A DNA stretch of 64,000 bases from an uncultured Methanoregulaceae archaeon (GTDB lineage: Archaea > Halobacteriota > Methanomicrobia > Methanomicrobiales > Methanospirillaceae), in contig OY970343.1 in assembly GCA_963717525.1 (NCBI GenBank), positions 1,760,001 through 1,824,000 on the forward strand. The letters run 5' to 3'. Both the position numbers and the translations under genes were made by a program. Shown here in pieces: positions 20,677 to 31,163 of this stretch; within the stretch, counting starts at the first letter, position 1; the number at the start of each line of letters is the position of its first letter. Under the pieces are notes generated by a model that was given only the letters and a program-made list of their open reading frames with translations, did no database searches and was not told the DNA's origin.

Positions 20677-23303
20677 TCAGTCGTTTTTCCGGAACAGCAC
20701 CGGGTTCTGCCGCTGGACCCACCAGCGCCGGGCGAATACTATTCCCATTGCAATGACCGCAACCCCCCCAATCCAGGCAAAGAGGGTAAAAACCGTGGAG
20801 TCGACTGACCCGTCAGTACCTGCGTTCGCGGACGGAACAGTCGTAGGCGAGGTTATCGTAGGAATCGTCCTTTGGGCGGATACCGCCACCGATGTTGTCG
20901 CAATACTTATAGGTGTTCGGCTGACCGCTGCTGCCAAGGGAGTGATTACGGTTGCCGCTTCATTCATGGGGATGGTGTTGCTCCTTGTCGTGATGGCAAA
21001 ATAGGAGAAGCCCGGCGTCGTTGCCGTAAAGTAATGGGCATCCCCGGAACAGTACAGGTATGTAGTCGGTAGTTCGGACCAGATGCCATAATTAAGGCGC
21101 ATGAGAGTGACCTGTGCCGGGGTAAGCCCGTTTGCCTGGAGCCACGCATCCGCCACGGCAAAGGTGATCGTCCCGGAGCTGATGACGGACGGGTTCACGG
21201 CAACCGGCTCAATAGCGACGACACCAGCGGTAGTTCGATTGTTGCCGGGAGGGGGCGTGATCGTGCCGGCCTCAGTCACGATGAGATCGGTGGAGCCAAG
21301 CGATCTGGACGGCACGATGGAGACAGAGACAATCGCGTAGGGATACTCCATGCGTCCGGTGCTGTTCGGTTCGCTGACGCCAAAAGACATTCTTGTGCCT
21401 GCATTTGCGCCTGGTGATGTGACCACTGTCGAGGAGCCTCGGCGGGATTTTCCGCTCTCTGGAGAACTGCCCCCGTCACCTGAGGTCACTGGTGGGGTTT
21501 GTATTGTGGTCGGTTTCGTTGTTGGTACTATGGTGCATTCTGTAGTTGGTATCGTTGTTGGTACTGTGGTCCATTCTATGGTTGGTACTATTGTTGGCAG
21601 AATGGTCGGCACCACCGGAAAAACGGTAAAGCCGTTCGCAAGCATCCATTCCTGCCCGTCCGGGTTGGTCACCACCACGTTCCAGCTCCCGGCCTCCTGT
21701 CCGGTCAGATCGAAAGTACAGGTAAGCTGCGTTGATAAGAGGGCGGTTACGTTGGTAGCCGCAATATCCGCATTCCCGGTGCGATTCAGTTTCACCGACG
21801 GCTTGATCGTAGTATTGAAATTGATACCGGAAAGATTCGTGATACTGACTGCTGTCATGTTACTACCACCCGAAGGAGTGATCCCGGTGATGGCAGGTGG
21901 CGGGACCGGGGCGGCGATGATGAAACCGTTTACCAGCATGCCCGGGGCACCCCCCGGGTTAGTGACAACGACGTTATACGCCCCGGGTGTCGCGTTTGTC
22001 AGGTCGAAAGTACAGGTTATCGTTGAACCAGAATGCACCGCAACGCTGGTTGCCGGGATGGAGGTCACGCTCCCAATGTCCACGATCTCGAGCGCATTGC
22101 CGATCCTGCTCGTCACATACGCATGCGGGCTGGATACATACACTCCTGACGGGACATTCAGCAGTGCACCACCGGCTCCGTTTGTTATGGTGCCAAGGTG
22201 CACCGGAACCGCGGGATTTGCAACGTCCACGATCTCCAGTGCATAGCCCCCGGCACTCGCCACATATGCGTAATGATCGGAGATGTACACCCCGGCTGGG
22301 TCACCCAGCAATGCATTGCCGACACCGTTTCGTATGCCGGATTTATGTACCGGGATGGCGGGATTTGCAACGTCCACAATCTCAAGGGCAGCATTGATCC
22401 CGGAACTGGTAACATAGGCGAAATTTCTGATGACGTACACATCTGTGGGTGTTTTCAGGAAGGGAACGTTTCCGTTACCATCTTTAATGGTACCCTTGTG
22501 AAATGGATTGGCCGGGTTTGAGACATCTACGATCTCCAGAGCGTTGTTCCCGGCACTGGTTATATACGCATAATCGCCGGAGACGAACACGCTGGTGGGG
22601 TTTTTGAGGCGAGTATCGTCTTTCATGGTGCCTGCGTGAACCGGGGAGGCAGGATCGGATATATCCACAATCTCAAGCGTATTGCTCCCATAACCCGTCA
22701 CATATACATAACTGCCAGAAACCGTGACCGAACGGGGGTCGGAAAGGAGCGCACCCCCGGTCCCGTTCGTGATGCTCCCCGCATGGACCGGGTGTGCCGG
22801 GTTTGAAACATCGACAATCTCCAGCGCATTGTTCCCGGAACTTGCAACATATGCATAGATACCGGATACAACTACACCGGTGGGAGCCTTCAGCAGCGCA
22901 CCCCCGGTCCCGTGGAGCAGGCTCCCTTTATGGACGGGATGTGCCGGATCGGTTACCTCCACAATTTCGAGTGCATCGCTCCACTTACTGGTGACGTACG
23001 CCATGGTACCTGAAGAAAAACCGCCTCCGGGCCATTCAGGAACGGGGCGGTGCTCCCCCCGTCAACGATGCTGCCGGAATGGACCGGGCAGGCAGCGGCC
23101 GGCACTATGAGGACCTGTGCACCGGTCGCAAAATCCGAACCAGATATATCTGCAGTGAGGGCACGGGTCGTATTTACCTCTGAGTCAGGAGTGATATCGG
23201 CAACGGAGGGCACAGGGACAACAGCACCGGTGATCCCTATTACGAGGGGCAGGAGAATGAGTGCGAATACGGTACGTGCTGACAGGAGTGCGGGAACATT
23301 CAT
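20677..23303 (-). CDS. Cell-surface protein: signal peptide, IPT/TIG domains, 7 LVIVD-like propeller repeats, Thr/Pro linker, PGF-pre-PGF domain, C-terminal TM; frameshift near 23018
   Basis: ORFs 22953-23303 and 20677-23004 join if one base is added to the A5 run at 23016-23020; repeats YAYV...ALEIVD..NP; ATTPGFSYFAI. Confidence 0.82.
21500..21612 (-). repeat. Degenerate 12-nt tandem coding repeat encoding (V/I)PT(I/T) linker
   Basis: Recurring gttggta(c/t) units; translates to VVPTILPTIVPTIEWTTVPTTIPTT. Confidence 0.7.
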
Positions 23304-23523
23304 GGAACAACCTCATCGTAAACAGTGCGTCAAGGGGCGAACAGGATTCCAGATCCCACAAACGGGTGACAGGAATAATGCATTTTCGGCAATAATACCT
23401 AAAATTGAAAGGCAAAATATAATAAATATTGTGAATTGTATTCTTTACAAAAATACAATTGAATATGCTCTTGAGACAAGGACCCTGAACCGGACCAGAA
23501 ACCGGCACACGCTATCGCAGTCT

Positions 23524-23619
23524 GGGGGGATACCCCCGGTTGTTCCGGCACATGGGGGGGAGGGTACCCCCTACTTGAAAAAAAGGTGGTAGGGGGGTGA
23601 GGATCACCCCCTCCCCCCC
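23524..23619. repeat. G/C-run nested inverted-repeat element in intergenic DNA
   Basis: GGGGGGGAGGG (23554-64) / CCCTCCCCCCC (23609-19); CCCCCTAC (23567-74) / GTAGGGGG (23589-96); GGGGG-ATA-CCCCC (23525-37). Confidence 0.65.
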
Positions 23620-23727
23620 TTTTCCTTTTCCTGCCGCCAAATACCGCAGGTTTGACACCACCACTCCGCATGGTATAGTAAAAAGCGTTTAATGCAGACA
23701 TCGACATACACTGATGCGGTTAATCGT

Positions 23728-24458
23728 ATGCTGGACATCGAAGACCTTCATGTGAATATCGGTGATAAGGAGGTGTTGCACGACATCAACCTCCACATCG
23801 ATGCCGGGGAGACCCACGTGCTCATGGGCCCCAACGGCTCCGGAAAGACCACGCTCTTAATGACGCTGATGGGATTTTCAAACTATACGATCACCAGAGG
23901 GAAGATCACCTACAACGGAGTGGATGTGACATCGATGCATGCCGATGAACGGTCCAAGCGCGGGATGGGGATGCTCTTCCAGCGCCCGCCTACCATATCG
24001 GGGCTTAAACTGGGGAAGCTCCTCACGGCCATCTCGCATGAGAAGGCTGTGGACATCCCGGACCTTGCCAAATCGGTTCACATGGGCACCTTTCTTGAAC
24101 GGGATATCAACAAGGGGTTCTCGGGGGGGAGATCAAAAGGAGCGAGGTGCTCCAGCTGATGATCCAGAACCCGGACTTCGTGATGCTCGATGAACCTGAA
24201 AGCGGGGTCGATCTCGAGAACATCTCTCTCATCGGGAACGCCATCGGATCACTGCTCGAAAAAGAGAAACGGATCGGAAAGAGATCAAAAAGTGGCCTTG
24301 TGATCACCCACACGGGATTCATCCTTGATTACATTGACGCGGACAAAGGGCACGTGATGTGCGACGGGATGATCAAGTGCCACGGGAATCCCCGCGAGAT
24401 CTTAAAGGACATCAAGCAGCGTGGCTATAAGGAGTGTCTGGAATGTCGCCAGAGCTGA
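23728..24458 (+). CDS. sufC: Fe-S assembly ATPase SufC/SmsC; frameshift in G7 run 24123-24129
   Basis: GPNGSGKT; with one more G reads FSGGEIKRSE; LDEPESGVD; C-terminal CxxC (ECLEC). Confidence 0.9.
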
Positions 24459-25558
24459 GTACGCCGGGCATATCAAAGGAGGACCAGGAGCGGCTCGTCC
24501 AGTCGGGAATCGAGCTCTCTATGGAAAACCGCTGCGGCAGTTACCTCCAGATGAACCAGGATGTCATCCATGCCGAGTGCCATCAGGAAGGTATCGAGGT
24601 TCTCTCGTACAAGAAAGCGATGGAAAAGTATGACTGGCTCAAGGAATACAACTGGAAGGCCGTCGACAAGGATAAAGATGAGATAACGAAATACGTTGCA
24701 GCCCAGAGCGATCCCAAAGGCTACGTGATCATCGCCCACAATGGCTCGAACAATATCCTCCCCATCCAGGCCTGCCTCTATCTCGGGCGCGAGACGATCC
24801 AGCACGTCCACAACATTATTATCGCCGAGGAGGGTGCGGAGCTCCATATTATTTCGGGATGCACGAGTGGCGGACATGTCGGGCAGGGTGCAGCACATTA
24901 CGGTGTTTCAGAGTTTTACATCAAGAAGAACGCGAAGATCAGTTTCACCATGATCCACACGTGGACAGAGAACATCGAGGTCTTCCCACGCAGCGCATCC
25001 ATAGTCGAAGAAAACGGGGTGTTCCTGTCAAATTACGTCTGCATGCAGCCGGTCAAAAAAGTCCAGATGTACCCGACGGCGACCTTAAAAGGCGAGAACT
25101 CGGTCGCGCGGTTCTCCACGATCACTATCGCGTCTCCCACGTCATACATCGATACCGGGTCGCGTGCAATCCTTGAGGGGAAAGGCTCAAGTGCGGAACT
25201 TATTACCCGTGCAATCACAAAAGGCGGGACCATCATCTCGCGGGGCCAAATTATCGGGAAAACCGCCGGGACCCGGGGACATCTCGAATGTAAAGGGCTG
25301 ATCCTTAAGGACGGAATCATCTACGCGATCCCCGAAATTGACGGAAGGGTGGTCGGCACCGAGCTCTCCCACGAAGCGGCGGTGGGGAAGCTTGCGCAGG
25401 AGGAGATCGAGTACCTGATGGCCCGGGGGCTCTCTGAAGACGAAGCGACCGCGACGATCATCCGGGGTTTCCTCGATGTCAAGATCGCCGGCCTTCCCGA
25501 GGCACTCCAGAAGCAGATCGATGCCACCATTGACGTGGCCGAGAAAGCAGGATTTTAA
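24443..25558 (+). CDS. sufB: Fe-S assembly scaffold SufBD/SmsB
   Basis: HIISGC, GHLECKG, ELSHEAAVGK, YLMARGL. Confidence 0.92.
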   Translation: MSPELSTPGISKEDQERLVQSGIELSMENRCGSYLQMNQDVIHAECHQEGIEVLSYKKAMEKYDWLKEYNWKAVDKDKDEITKYVAAQSDPKGYVIIAHNGSNNILPIQACLYLGRETIQHVHNIIIAEEGAELHIISGCTSGGHVGQGAAHYGVSEFYIKKNAKISFTMIHTWTENIEVFPRSASIVEENGVFLSNYVCMQPVKKVQMYPTATLKGENSVARFSTITIASPTSYIDTGSRAILEGKGSSAELITRAITKGGTIISRGQIIGKTAGTRGHLECKGLILKDGIIYAIPEIDGRVVGTELSHEAAVGKLAQEEIEYLMARGLSEDEATATIIRGFLDVKIAGLPEALQKQIDATIDVAEKAGF

Positions 25559-25573
25559 GAATCTGAAAGGCAT

Positions 25574-26227
25574 ATGACAGTCCCGTACCCGCGATCGGAC
25601 GAACGCCGCAGGATGGTGGATCTCCAGATCGCGGCACGGGGCATCCGGGACTCTCGCGTCCTTGCAGCACTGCGGGAGGTGCCCCGCCACCTGTTCGTCC
25701 CGCCGCCATACGACCGGGATGCATATGCGGACGCGCCCCTTCCCATAGGGAGAGGGCAGACGATCTCCCAGCCGTATATCGTGGCGCTCATGACCGAGCT
25801 GCTCCACCCAAAGTCCGTCGACAGCGTGCTCGAGATCGGGGCAGGGAGCGGGTACCAGGCAGCGATCCTGTCAATACTCGTCCGTAAGGTCGTTACAATT
25901 GAACGTATCGAAACGGTGGCAGCGCATGCACGGACCAGCCTTGAGGCAGTCCATGCGGACAACGTGGAGATCGTTCTCGGTGACGGGACGCTCGGGTATT
26001 CTCCGGGCGTACCATACAATGGTATCATTATCACTGCCGCAACACCGGAAATACCTGGCCCTCTCAAGGAGCAACTCGCTGAAGGGGGCAGGCTGGTCGC
26101 CCCGGTAGGAGATCGCATTCTCCAGGAACTGGTCGTGCTCGAACGGCACGGGAACCGGTTCACAGAGGAGCACCATGGTGGCGTACGGTTTGTACCGCTC
26201 ATCGGCAAACACGGTTGGGAGGACTGA
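25574..26227 (+). CDS. pcm: Protein-L-isoaspartate O-methyltransferase
   Basis: VPRHLF, GQTISQPY, LEIGAGSGYQAA, VRFVPL. Confidence 0.95.
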   Translation: MTVPYPRSDERRRMVDLQIAARGIRDSRVLAALREVPRHLFVPPPYDRDAYADAPLPIGRGQTISQPYIVALMTELLHPKSVDSVLEIGAGSGYQAAILSILVRKVVTIERIETVAAHARTSLEAVHADNVEIVLGDGTLGYSPGVPYNGIIITAATPEIPGPLKEQLAEGGRLVAPVGDRILQELVVLERHGNRFTEEHHGGVRFVPLIGKHGWED

Positions 26228-26234
26228 TTATACC

Positions 26235-26849
26235 ATGAAAATTATCGACATCACACGTACGCTCTCCGGCGCCGCGGTCTCGTTTCCCGGGGATCCACCC
26301 CCGCAGTTTTCCCAGCGGGATGCGGGGTTGTACCTGATCAGCGACCTGCATATGAACAGCCATTCGGGTACCCACATTGATGCCCCGGTCCATTACTTAA
26401 AAACCGGGGATACCATCGACACTATCCCTCTCGATCACCTGATCGGCCCATGCCGGGTACTGGACATGAGCCGTGCCGGGAGTACTATCACAGCAGCAGA
26501 TCTCAAAGGCAGGCTTGGTACCGCGAAGCGTATTCTCTTAAAAACGATGTTTTCAAACGAAGTCCTGTTCCGGGAGGATTACCCGCATCTGTCTCTTGAT
26601 GCAGCAGAGCTGCTCAGCGCTAACGGCATTCTCTCTGTCGGGATCGACTCGTTCTCGATCGAAGCGTTTGTCTGCGACGGATCGGTGCACCTGGAATTGC
26701 TCGGCAACGGGTGTATTATCATCGAACTCCTCGACCTTTCCGGGGTAACTGAAGGGGAGTACGAGATGGCTGCGCTGCCGCTGCGGCTGGCCGGCCTTGA
26801 CGGTGCACCCGCCCGGGTCGTGCTCATGCAACACAATGGGGGGACGTAA
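26235..26849 (+). CDS. Cyclase family (kynurenine formamidase-like) metal hydrolase
   Basis: HSGTHIDAPVH, VGIDS, PLRL.GLDGAPAR. Confidence 0.88.
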   Translation: MKIIDITRTLSGAAVSFPGDPPPQFSQRDAGLYLISDLHMNSHSGTHIDAPVHYLKTGDTIDTIPLDHLIGPCRVLDMSRAGSTITAADLKGRLGTAKRILLKTMFSNEVLFREDYPHLSLDAAELLSANGILSVGIDSFSIEAFVCDGSVHLELLGNGCIIIELLDLSGVTEGEYEMAALPLRLAGLDGAPARVVLMQHNGGT

Positions 26850-27487
26850 TGGATATTGTCGCAGATTCGGTGATCAGGCTCGAAGAGATCATCCACCACA
26901 GCGGCTGCGAGGAAACGGGGGTCCGGCTTGATGTTGATCCCGATGCAAAGACCTGCCAGTACGAGCGGGGTGCCTGCATGATCGCCTCATTCGGGGGGCG
27001 CAGTGCGGAATTTGTCACGGACGATCCGATCCGGGCAATGACGAAGATCTCCTTTATGTTCGGGGCGCCACTTGAAACGCCCGGTGTCCGCAGCGCCGCG
27101 TGTGCCATTATCAACGTCGCCACGGGATTCTTCTGCCTCTCCCGGGTGATGCATGCCTGCCCTCTTGCTTCGCATGCTGCATGCCTGCGTGAACTAACTG
27201 AAAAACTCAACGGGCACCGTGTATTTTGTGTCGGGAAGATCCCGGTACTGGAACGGGCAACCGGTCTGGAAGTGACCACGAATAGTGATGATGCAGATAT
27301 CATCCTTGTCAACAACGAAGGAATTATTGCACCGGGGACCGGGGACCTGGTGGCAGCGTGGGGCAGGAGAAAACAGATCATCTTCCTTGGGCCATCCACT
27401 GCCGGGGTCTCCCGCATCCAGCAGCAGGAACACTGGTGCCCGTACGGGAAGCAAACACCGGATTTCATCCCGGCTCCGTCACTGTAA
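26849..27487 (+). CDS. Hypothetical Cys-rich protein (possibly DUF364-like)
   Basis: Translationally coupled (TAATG) to the cyclase gene; AIIN and IFLGPST segments. Confidence 0.55.
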   Translation: MDIVADSVIRLEEIIHHSGCEETGVRLDVDPDAKTCQYERGACMIASFGGRSAEFVTDDPIRAMTKISFMFGAPLETPGVRSAACAIINVATGFFCLSRVMHACPLASHAACLRELTEKLNGHRVFCVGKIPVLERATGLEVTTNSDDADIILVNNEGIIAPGTGDLVAAWGRRKQIIFLGPSTAGVSRIQQQEHWCPYGKQTPDFIPAPSL

Positions 27488-27529
27488 AAAGGCTAAAACT
27501 CTTTTTATACAAACCACCCACCATGATTC

Positions 27530-28780
27530 ATGCTTTTTGGATCATCGGGTATTCGTCAGCGGTTTGACCGGTCGCTGGTGGAGATCGCTCTTGCGGTCGG
27601 TGCTGTCATGGGGGAGCGGTACCCGGATTGCATTGTGGGGACCGACACGCGGATCACAAGCCCGGTGCTTGCCCGGGCCATACTTGCAGGAATACTCGGA
27701 GCGGGTGGAAACGCACGCTTCACCGGGATCGCCCCCACACCCTCTGTCGCATATAGCGCCCGCACCGCGAAAGCCGGGTGCATGATCACCGCTTCCCACA
27801 ATCCGGAAGAGTACAACGGGATAAAACTGTTCAACCCGGATGGATCCTCGTTCACGCAGGCCCAGCAGAAAGAAGTAGAGGAATTCCTCAAAGAGCCGCA
27901 CTGGGCTGACTGGCGCCACCAGGGAAAAGAATGTTCCTTTGACGCTCTCGCATCCCATAAAAAAGCAATCCTGGATGCAGTCTCTATTGACCCCGGCCTT
28001 TCGGTCGTCGTCGACTGCGGGAACGGCGCCGGTTCCGTACTGACCCCAGGTCTCCTGGCAGATGCTGATGTGAAAACCGTCTGCCTCACCTGCAACCCTG
28101 CCGGGCAGTTCTTCCGTCCCTCGGAGCCACTGGAAGAATATCTGGGATATGTAGGGGAGATGGTCAAAAAGACCGGCGCGGACTGTGCGGTAGTCCATGA
28201 CGGGGACGCCGACCGCATGATGGCGTTTGACAACAAGGGCCGGTATATTGACGGTGACCACCTGCTTATGCTCTTTGCCGAACATCTGGGTGCAAAAAAG
28301 GTGGTCACCACGACCGATGCATCCATGATCATCGAGGAAGTTGCAGAAGTCCACCGCACACCTGTCGGCGATGCATTTGTATCCGAAGAATTGCTTTCGT
28401 GGGGGGATTTCGGGGGAGAACCGAGCGGCGCATGGATATTCCCGCATCACTCGTACTGCCCCGACGGCCCTTTCGCTGCGGCCCTCTTCTGCGAGATCGC
28501 ATCGGGCTGTGATGTCGCCTGCAGGCTGGATGCCATGCCGTCCTACCCAATCTTCCGTGAATCGATCCACAACGAGAGGGCACGCGAGATAGTCACGGGT
28601 CTTGGCGCAGGAAACCCGACGGACGGCATCCGCGTTGCACGGGAAAACGGGTGGTATCTCATACGGGCGAGCGGGACCGAGCCCAAGATCCGTATTACTG
28701 CTGAAGGCACCACACTTCCGGGAGCAAAAGAGATGCTGGAACAGGCAAAAAACCTCATACGGCAGGGGAAAACTGCTTAA
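27530..28780 (+). CDS. glmM: Phosphohexomutase (phosphoglucosamine mutase/PMM family)
   Basis: FGSSGIR, ITASHNP, HDGDADR, IRASGTEP; in a GlcNAc operon. Confidence 0.85.
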   Translation: MLFGSSGIRQRFDRSLVEIALAVGAVMGERYPDCIVGTDTRITSPVLARAILAGILGAGGNARFTGIAPTPSVAYSARTAKAGCMITASHNPEEYNGIKLFNPDGSSFTQAQQKEVEEFLKEPHWADWRHQGKECSFDALASHKKAILDAVSIDPGLSVVVDCGNGAGSVLTPGLLADADVKTVCLTCNPAGQFFRPSEPLEEYLGYVGEMVKKTGADCAVVHDGDADRMMAFDNKGRYIDGDHLLMLFAEHLGAKKVVTTTDASMIIEEVAEVHRTPVGDAFVSEELLSWGDFGGEPSGAWIFPHHSYCPDGPFAAALFCEIASGCDVACRLDAMPSYPIFRESIHNERAREIVTGLGAGNPTDGIRVARENGWYLIRASGTEPKIRITAEGTTLPGAKEMLEQAKNLIRQGKTA

Positions 28781-28803
28781 ATATTGCAGGATGAGCTGTA
28801 TCT

Positions 28804-30003
28804 ATGGAATGCGTTGTGCTGGCAGCCGGTGAAGGAAAGCGCATGCGACCCCTCACCGCCCGGCGCCCGAAAGTGATGCTCCCGGTAGCAAACCGCCCGA
28901 TGATGGAGCACCTCGTGGTCGCGGCCCGGGATGCAGGCATAACAGAATTCATATTTGTGGTCGGGTACGGGGAGCGTGAAGTCCGGGGTCACTTTGGGGA
29001 CGGGTCGCATTTCGGGATCCACATATCGTATGTCCCCCAACGCCAGCAGATGGGCACTGCCGATGCGCTCCGTTCCGCACAGGGTCTTGTTACCGGGCCG
29101 TTCCTTGCCATGAACGGGGACATGATCCTCACGGGAGCCGATATTTCCTGCATGATCCGGACCCCTGCGCCGTGTATGAGCACGAGCACGACCGATCATC
29201 CCGGGGATTTCGGGGTTGTCCTCGTGGAAAATGGTCTGGTCACGGCCCTCGAGGAGAAGTCAGAACAGCTCAAATCCACCATCATAAACGCCGGGGCGTA
29301 CCTGTTTCCTCCCGAAATTTTTGACCTTCTTGCACAGGTCGGACCCTCGTCACGCGGAGAACTGGAACTGACAGATGCGCTGGATATTCTGATCGGGGAA
29401 CACCGGCTCCGGGCCGTTCCCCTGTCGATATGGATGGACCTTGGCTATCCCTGGGATTTACTCGATGCTAACGCCACCCTTCTGGCTTCGCTTATATCGG
29501 GGAATCACGGGACCGTGGAGGAGGGAGTGCACCTGTCCGGCCCCGTGGTTATCGGTAAGAATACGGTGGTAAAACCGGGAACCTGCATTGAGGGTCCCTG
29601 CATCATCGGCAACAACTGCCGGATCGGTCCCCACGCGTATATCCGGGGAGCAACCAGCATCGGCGACGATTGCCATATAGGACACTGCACGGAAATCAAA
29701 AATTCCATCGTGATGGCAGGGACAAAGATTCCCCATTTTAACTATATCGGGGATTCGGTTATCGGGAGCGGGTGCAATTTCGGTGCCGGGACAAAGATTG
29801 CAAACCTCCGGCACGACCATGCGGCGGTCAGGGTTGGGGGAAAGGATACCCGGCACACCAAGTTTGGTGCTGTTATCGGGGACAACGTGAGGTTTGGGAT
29901 CAACTGTTCGGTTAACGTCGGTTCGGTAATCGGGAGTAATGCGACTTTCGCGCCAAACACGTACATTGACGGAAGTTTTGGCGAGAACTCAACTATAAGG
30001 TGA
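28804..30003 (+). CDS. glmU: Bifunctional sugar-1-P nucleotidyltransferase/acetyltransferase (archaeal GlmU)
   Basis: LAAGEGKRMRPLT..RPK; left-handed beta-helix with HFNYIGDS and NLRHD. Confidence 0.88.
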   Translation: MECVVLAAGEGKRMRPLTARRPKVMLPVANRPMMEHLVVAARDAGITEFIFVVGYGEREVRGHFGDGSHFGIHISYVPQRQQMGTADALRSAQGLVTGPFLAMNGDMILTGADISCMIRTPAPCMSTSTTDHPGDFGVVLVENGLVTALEEKSEQLKSTIINAGAYLFPPEIFDLLAQVGPSSRGELELTDALDILIGEHRLRAVPLSIWMDLGYPWDLLDANATLLASLISGNHGTVEEGVHLSGPVVIGKNTVVKPGTCIEGPCIIGNNCRIGPHAYIRGATSIGDDCHIGHCTEIKNSIVMAGTKIPHFNYIGDSVIGSGCNFGAGTKIANLRHDHAAVRVGGKDTRHTKFGAVIGDNVRFGINCSVNVGSVIGSNATFAPNTYIDGSFGENSTIR

Positions 30004-30007
30004 ACGT

Positions 30008-31162
30008 ATGCAGGCAGTCATTCTGGCAGCAGGAGAAGGAAAACGGGTCCGCCCGCTCACGTGGAGCCGGCCAAAAGCGATGATCCCGGTAGCAAACCGC
30101 CCCATCATTGCGTATACGATCGATGCGCTCATAAAAAATGGCATCCGTGACATTATCGTTGTTGTCGGGTACCGCAAAGAACAGGTGACGCGGTTCTTAA
30201 ACCAGCTCGACCTCCCCATTGAGGTCGTTGTCCAGGAGAAGCAACTCGGGACAGCACATGCACTCCTGCAGGCAAAATCCCGCGTCAAGGGCGATTTCCT
30301 GCTTCTGCCCGGAGACAATTACATAGACGCACAGTCGGTGGCAAAGATCAAGGATGTCAAAAACGCCATGCTCATAAAAGAGCACCCCAGTCCCTCCAAT
30401 TTCGGTGTGGTGACAATCCGTGAGGGCCGGGTGGAAAGTATCGTGGAAAAACCTGAACATGCGCCCAGTTTTCAGGTCAGTACCGGGATATACTCGTTAA
30501 ACAAAGACTTTTTCCGGTACATCCGGGGAAATGATATTACAGATGCCATTTCAGCCATGATAGAATCCGGTACAGGCATCAGTGCTGTCACCGCTGAAGA
30601 CTGGCAGGATGCGATCTACCCGTGGGATCTGCTCAAACTGAACCAGCGTCTTCTTAAACATCTTCCTGCGGCCCGGGAAGGTACCTCCAGCCGTCATGCC
30701 ACGATCCACGGGCCGGTTCAGATCGGGAAAGGCACCACTATCGGGCCAAACACCGTGATCTCGGGGCCGGTCATCATTGGGAATGACTGCACGATTGGGC
30801 CAAACTGTTGTGTCCTTCCCAACACCAGTATCGGGTCCCGGGTAAGTATAGAGCCGCTGAGTCTGATCGGGGACGCGATAGTGATGGATGACACCACCTT
30901 CGCCTCACATTCCCGGATCGTTGACTCCGTCATAGGTGAACGCTGCAGGCTTGCCGATCATACATCGACGGGGACAGCAAGCGGCATCCTGGAGATCGAG
31001 GAAACCCCGATACGCTCGCAGTTCGGCGCCATTCTCGGGGATAATGTCACCAGCGGTCCGTTTGCCCGGCTCCGGAACTGCATTATCGGGAACAATGTCA
31101 TTCTCGAGGGAAACCGTGACGTGATCTCCCGCATCATTCCGGATGGATCCCTGGTGATATGA
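30008..31162 (+). CDS. Second sugar-phosphate nucleotidyltransferase (GlmU paralog)
   Basis: LAAGEGKRVRPLT..RPK, VEKP, hexapeptide repeats lacking HxxYxGDS. Confidence 0.85.
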   Translation: MQAVILAAGEGKRVRPLTWSRPKAMIPVANRPIIAYTIDALIKNGIRDIIVVVGYRKEQVTRFLNQLDLPIEVVVQEKQLGTAHALLQAKSRVKGDFLLLPGDNYIDAQSVAKIKDVKNAMLIKEHPSPSNFGVVTIREGRVESIVEKPEHAPSFQVSTGIYSLNKDFFRYIRGNDITDAISAMIESGTGISAVTAEDWQDAIYPWDLLKLNQRLLKHLPAAREGTSSRHATIHGPVQIGKGTTIGPNTVISGPVIIGNDCTIGPNCCVLPNTSIGSRVSIEPLSLIGDAIVMDDTTFASHSRIVDSVIGERCRLADHTSTGTASGILEIEETPIRSQFGAILGDNVTSGPFARLRNCIIGNNVILEGNRDVISRIIPDGSLVI

Positions 31163-31163
31163 C

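Noticed and set aside
21500..23000. Repeated DNA as a CRISPR array
   Set aside because: The repeats are degenerate, in-frame and encode protein repeats; there is no constant repeat/unique spacer pattern and no cas genes.
24123..24129. Programmed frameshift or phase variation in sufC (and in aIF2gamma, aglB)
   Set aside because: Similar indels are scattered across unrelated genes with no shared slippery motif; sequencing error is more parsimonious.
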